The translations under genes and the position numbers were made by a program. This document shows positions 63,288-64,000 of a stretch of DNA of 64,000 nucleotides, one piece after another. Under the pieces are notes generated by a model. It did no database searches. It was not told where the DNA came from and saw nothing but the letters and a program-made list of their open reading frames with translations. Location of the stretch: positions 74,958,001 to 75,022,000 of the forward strand of contig NW_027266286.1 in assembly GCF_022045235.1 (NCBI RefSeq), read 5' to 3'. The stretch is from Haliotis cracherodii (lineage: Eukaryota). How positions within the stretch are numbered: the stretch's first letter is position 1; the number at the start of each line of letters is the position of its first letter.

Positions 63288-64000
63288 CACATACAGTCGG
63301 AGTCACATAAGGACTCTACTTTTAAGAGGGACTTCAGAAAGATTTTCCTATTAATTTAAGAAATATGTAAGTGCACGTGATAGTATCTATATGACCGAGT
63401 TATGTGAAAAATCGAGTCTGGACCGACAATCCAGTGAAAGTATCTCTATGACCACGTTCTAATTAGGTTTTGACGAACTGTTTTATAAATGTTATAGGTG
63501 ACTTTGCTGAATCGACGATGTGAAAGAGTAAAAATGTTGAAATCCATATGTCAATTCTGTCTCTATAATGCGCTGTAATTTATTTTATTGCTTTTATTGA
63601 CGCTGAAATTGTTAATGGTGTCTTACAAATAGACACGTAAGTAACTACCTCTCTTTCGACACGTCATTATAGAGACATTAAGTATGTGACATCGTGCACA
63701 AGGGACAATAGGTGGTACGTCAGGTTCTGAAATATCTAAAACATAAGAGCCAATGAGAGAAACACACGACGATATGAGAAATGCTGACTAGACAGTTTGG
63801 AGACAGGTAGAACCAATACTGTTGGAAAATCCCAAGTCTATATTTAGCCACCCGCCCATGTCTGTTCGGCGCCCGCCGGTGTTTGTTGTAATCGATATAT
63901 TGCGTACATGCGGGAGGCTTGCGATCCCAGGCTGAATGACACGGGTGAAGTGGGATTATATTTAAACTCTACCTCGTGGCGTAAGTCGGTAGAATCATTG

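Overview
Eukaryotic (molluscan, probably gastropod/abalone-like, inferred from the SINE families) genomic window with two short N gaps (14016-14171, 34583-34725). From left to right: (1) the first nine coding exons of CDC5L on the minus strand, running off the left edge. (2) Two head-to-head, intron-split paralogues that the ORF track does not assemble. Each encodes a signal peptide, a very cationic linear peptide with one Cys, a Gly-Arg site and an acidic EF-hand pair, i.e. a candidate new antimicrobial-peptide precursor family. (3) A cluster of four intact leaderless ETX/MTX2 (aerolysin-fold, LIN-24/glabralysin-like) pore-forming-protein genes plus one 3' remnant, partly produced by a ~7 kb tandem duplication, with NF-kB-like motifs in their promoters. 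(4) A complete, young 14,946-bp Polinton/Maverick (adintovirus-like endogenous virus) at 40383-55328, inserted inside that cluster. It has 284-bp TIRs, a 5-bp TSD, pPolB, integrase, packaging ATPase, two tandem penton-like genes and a major capsid gene broken by one nonsense codon. The rest is SINEs, MITEs, LINE fragments and many minisatellites, one of them apparently derived from a SINE. All homology calls come from recognising motifs by eye; no searches were run.
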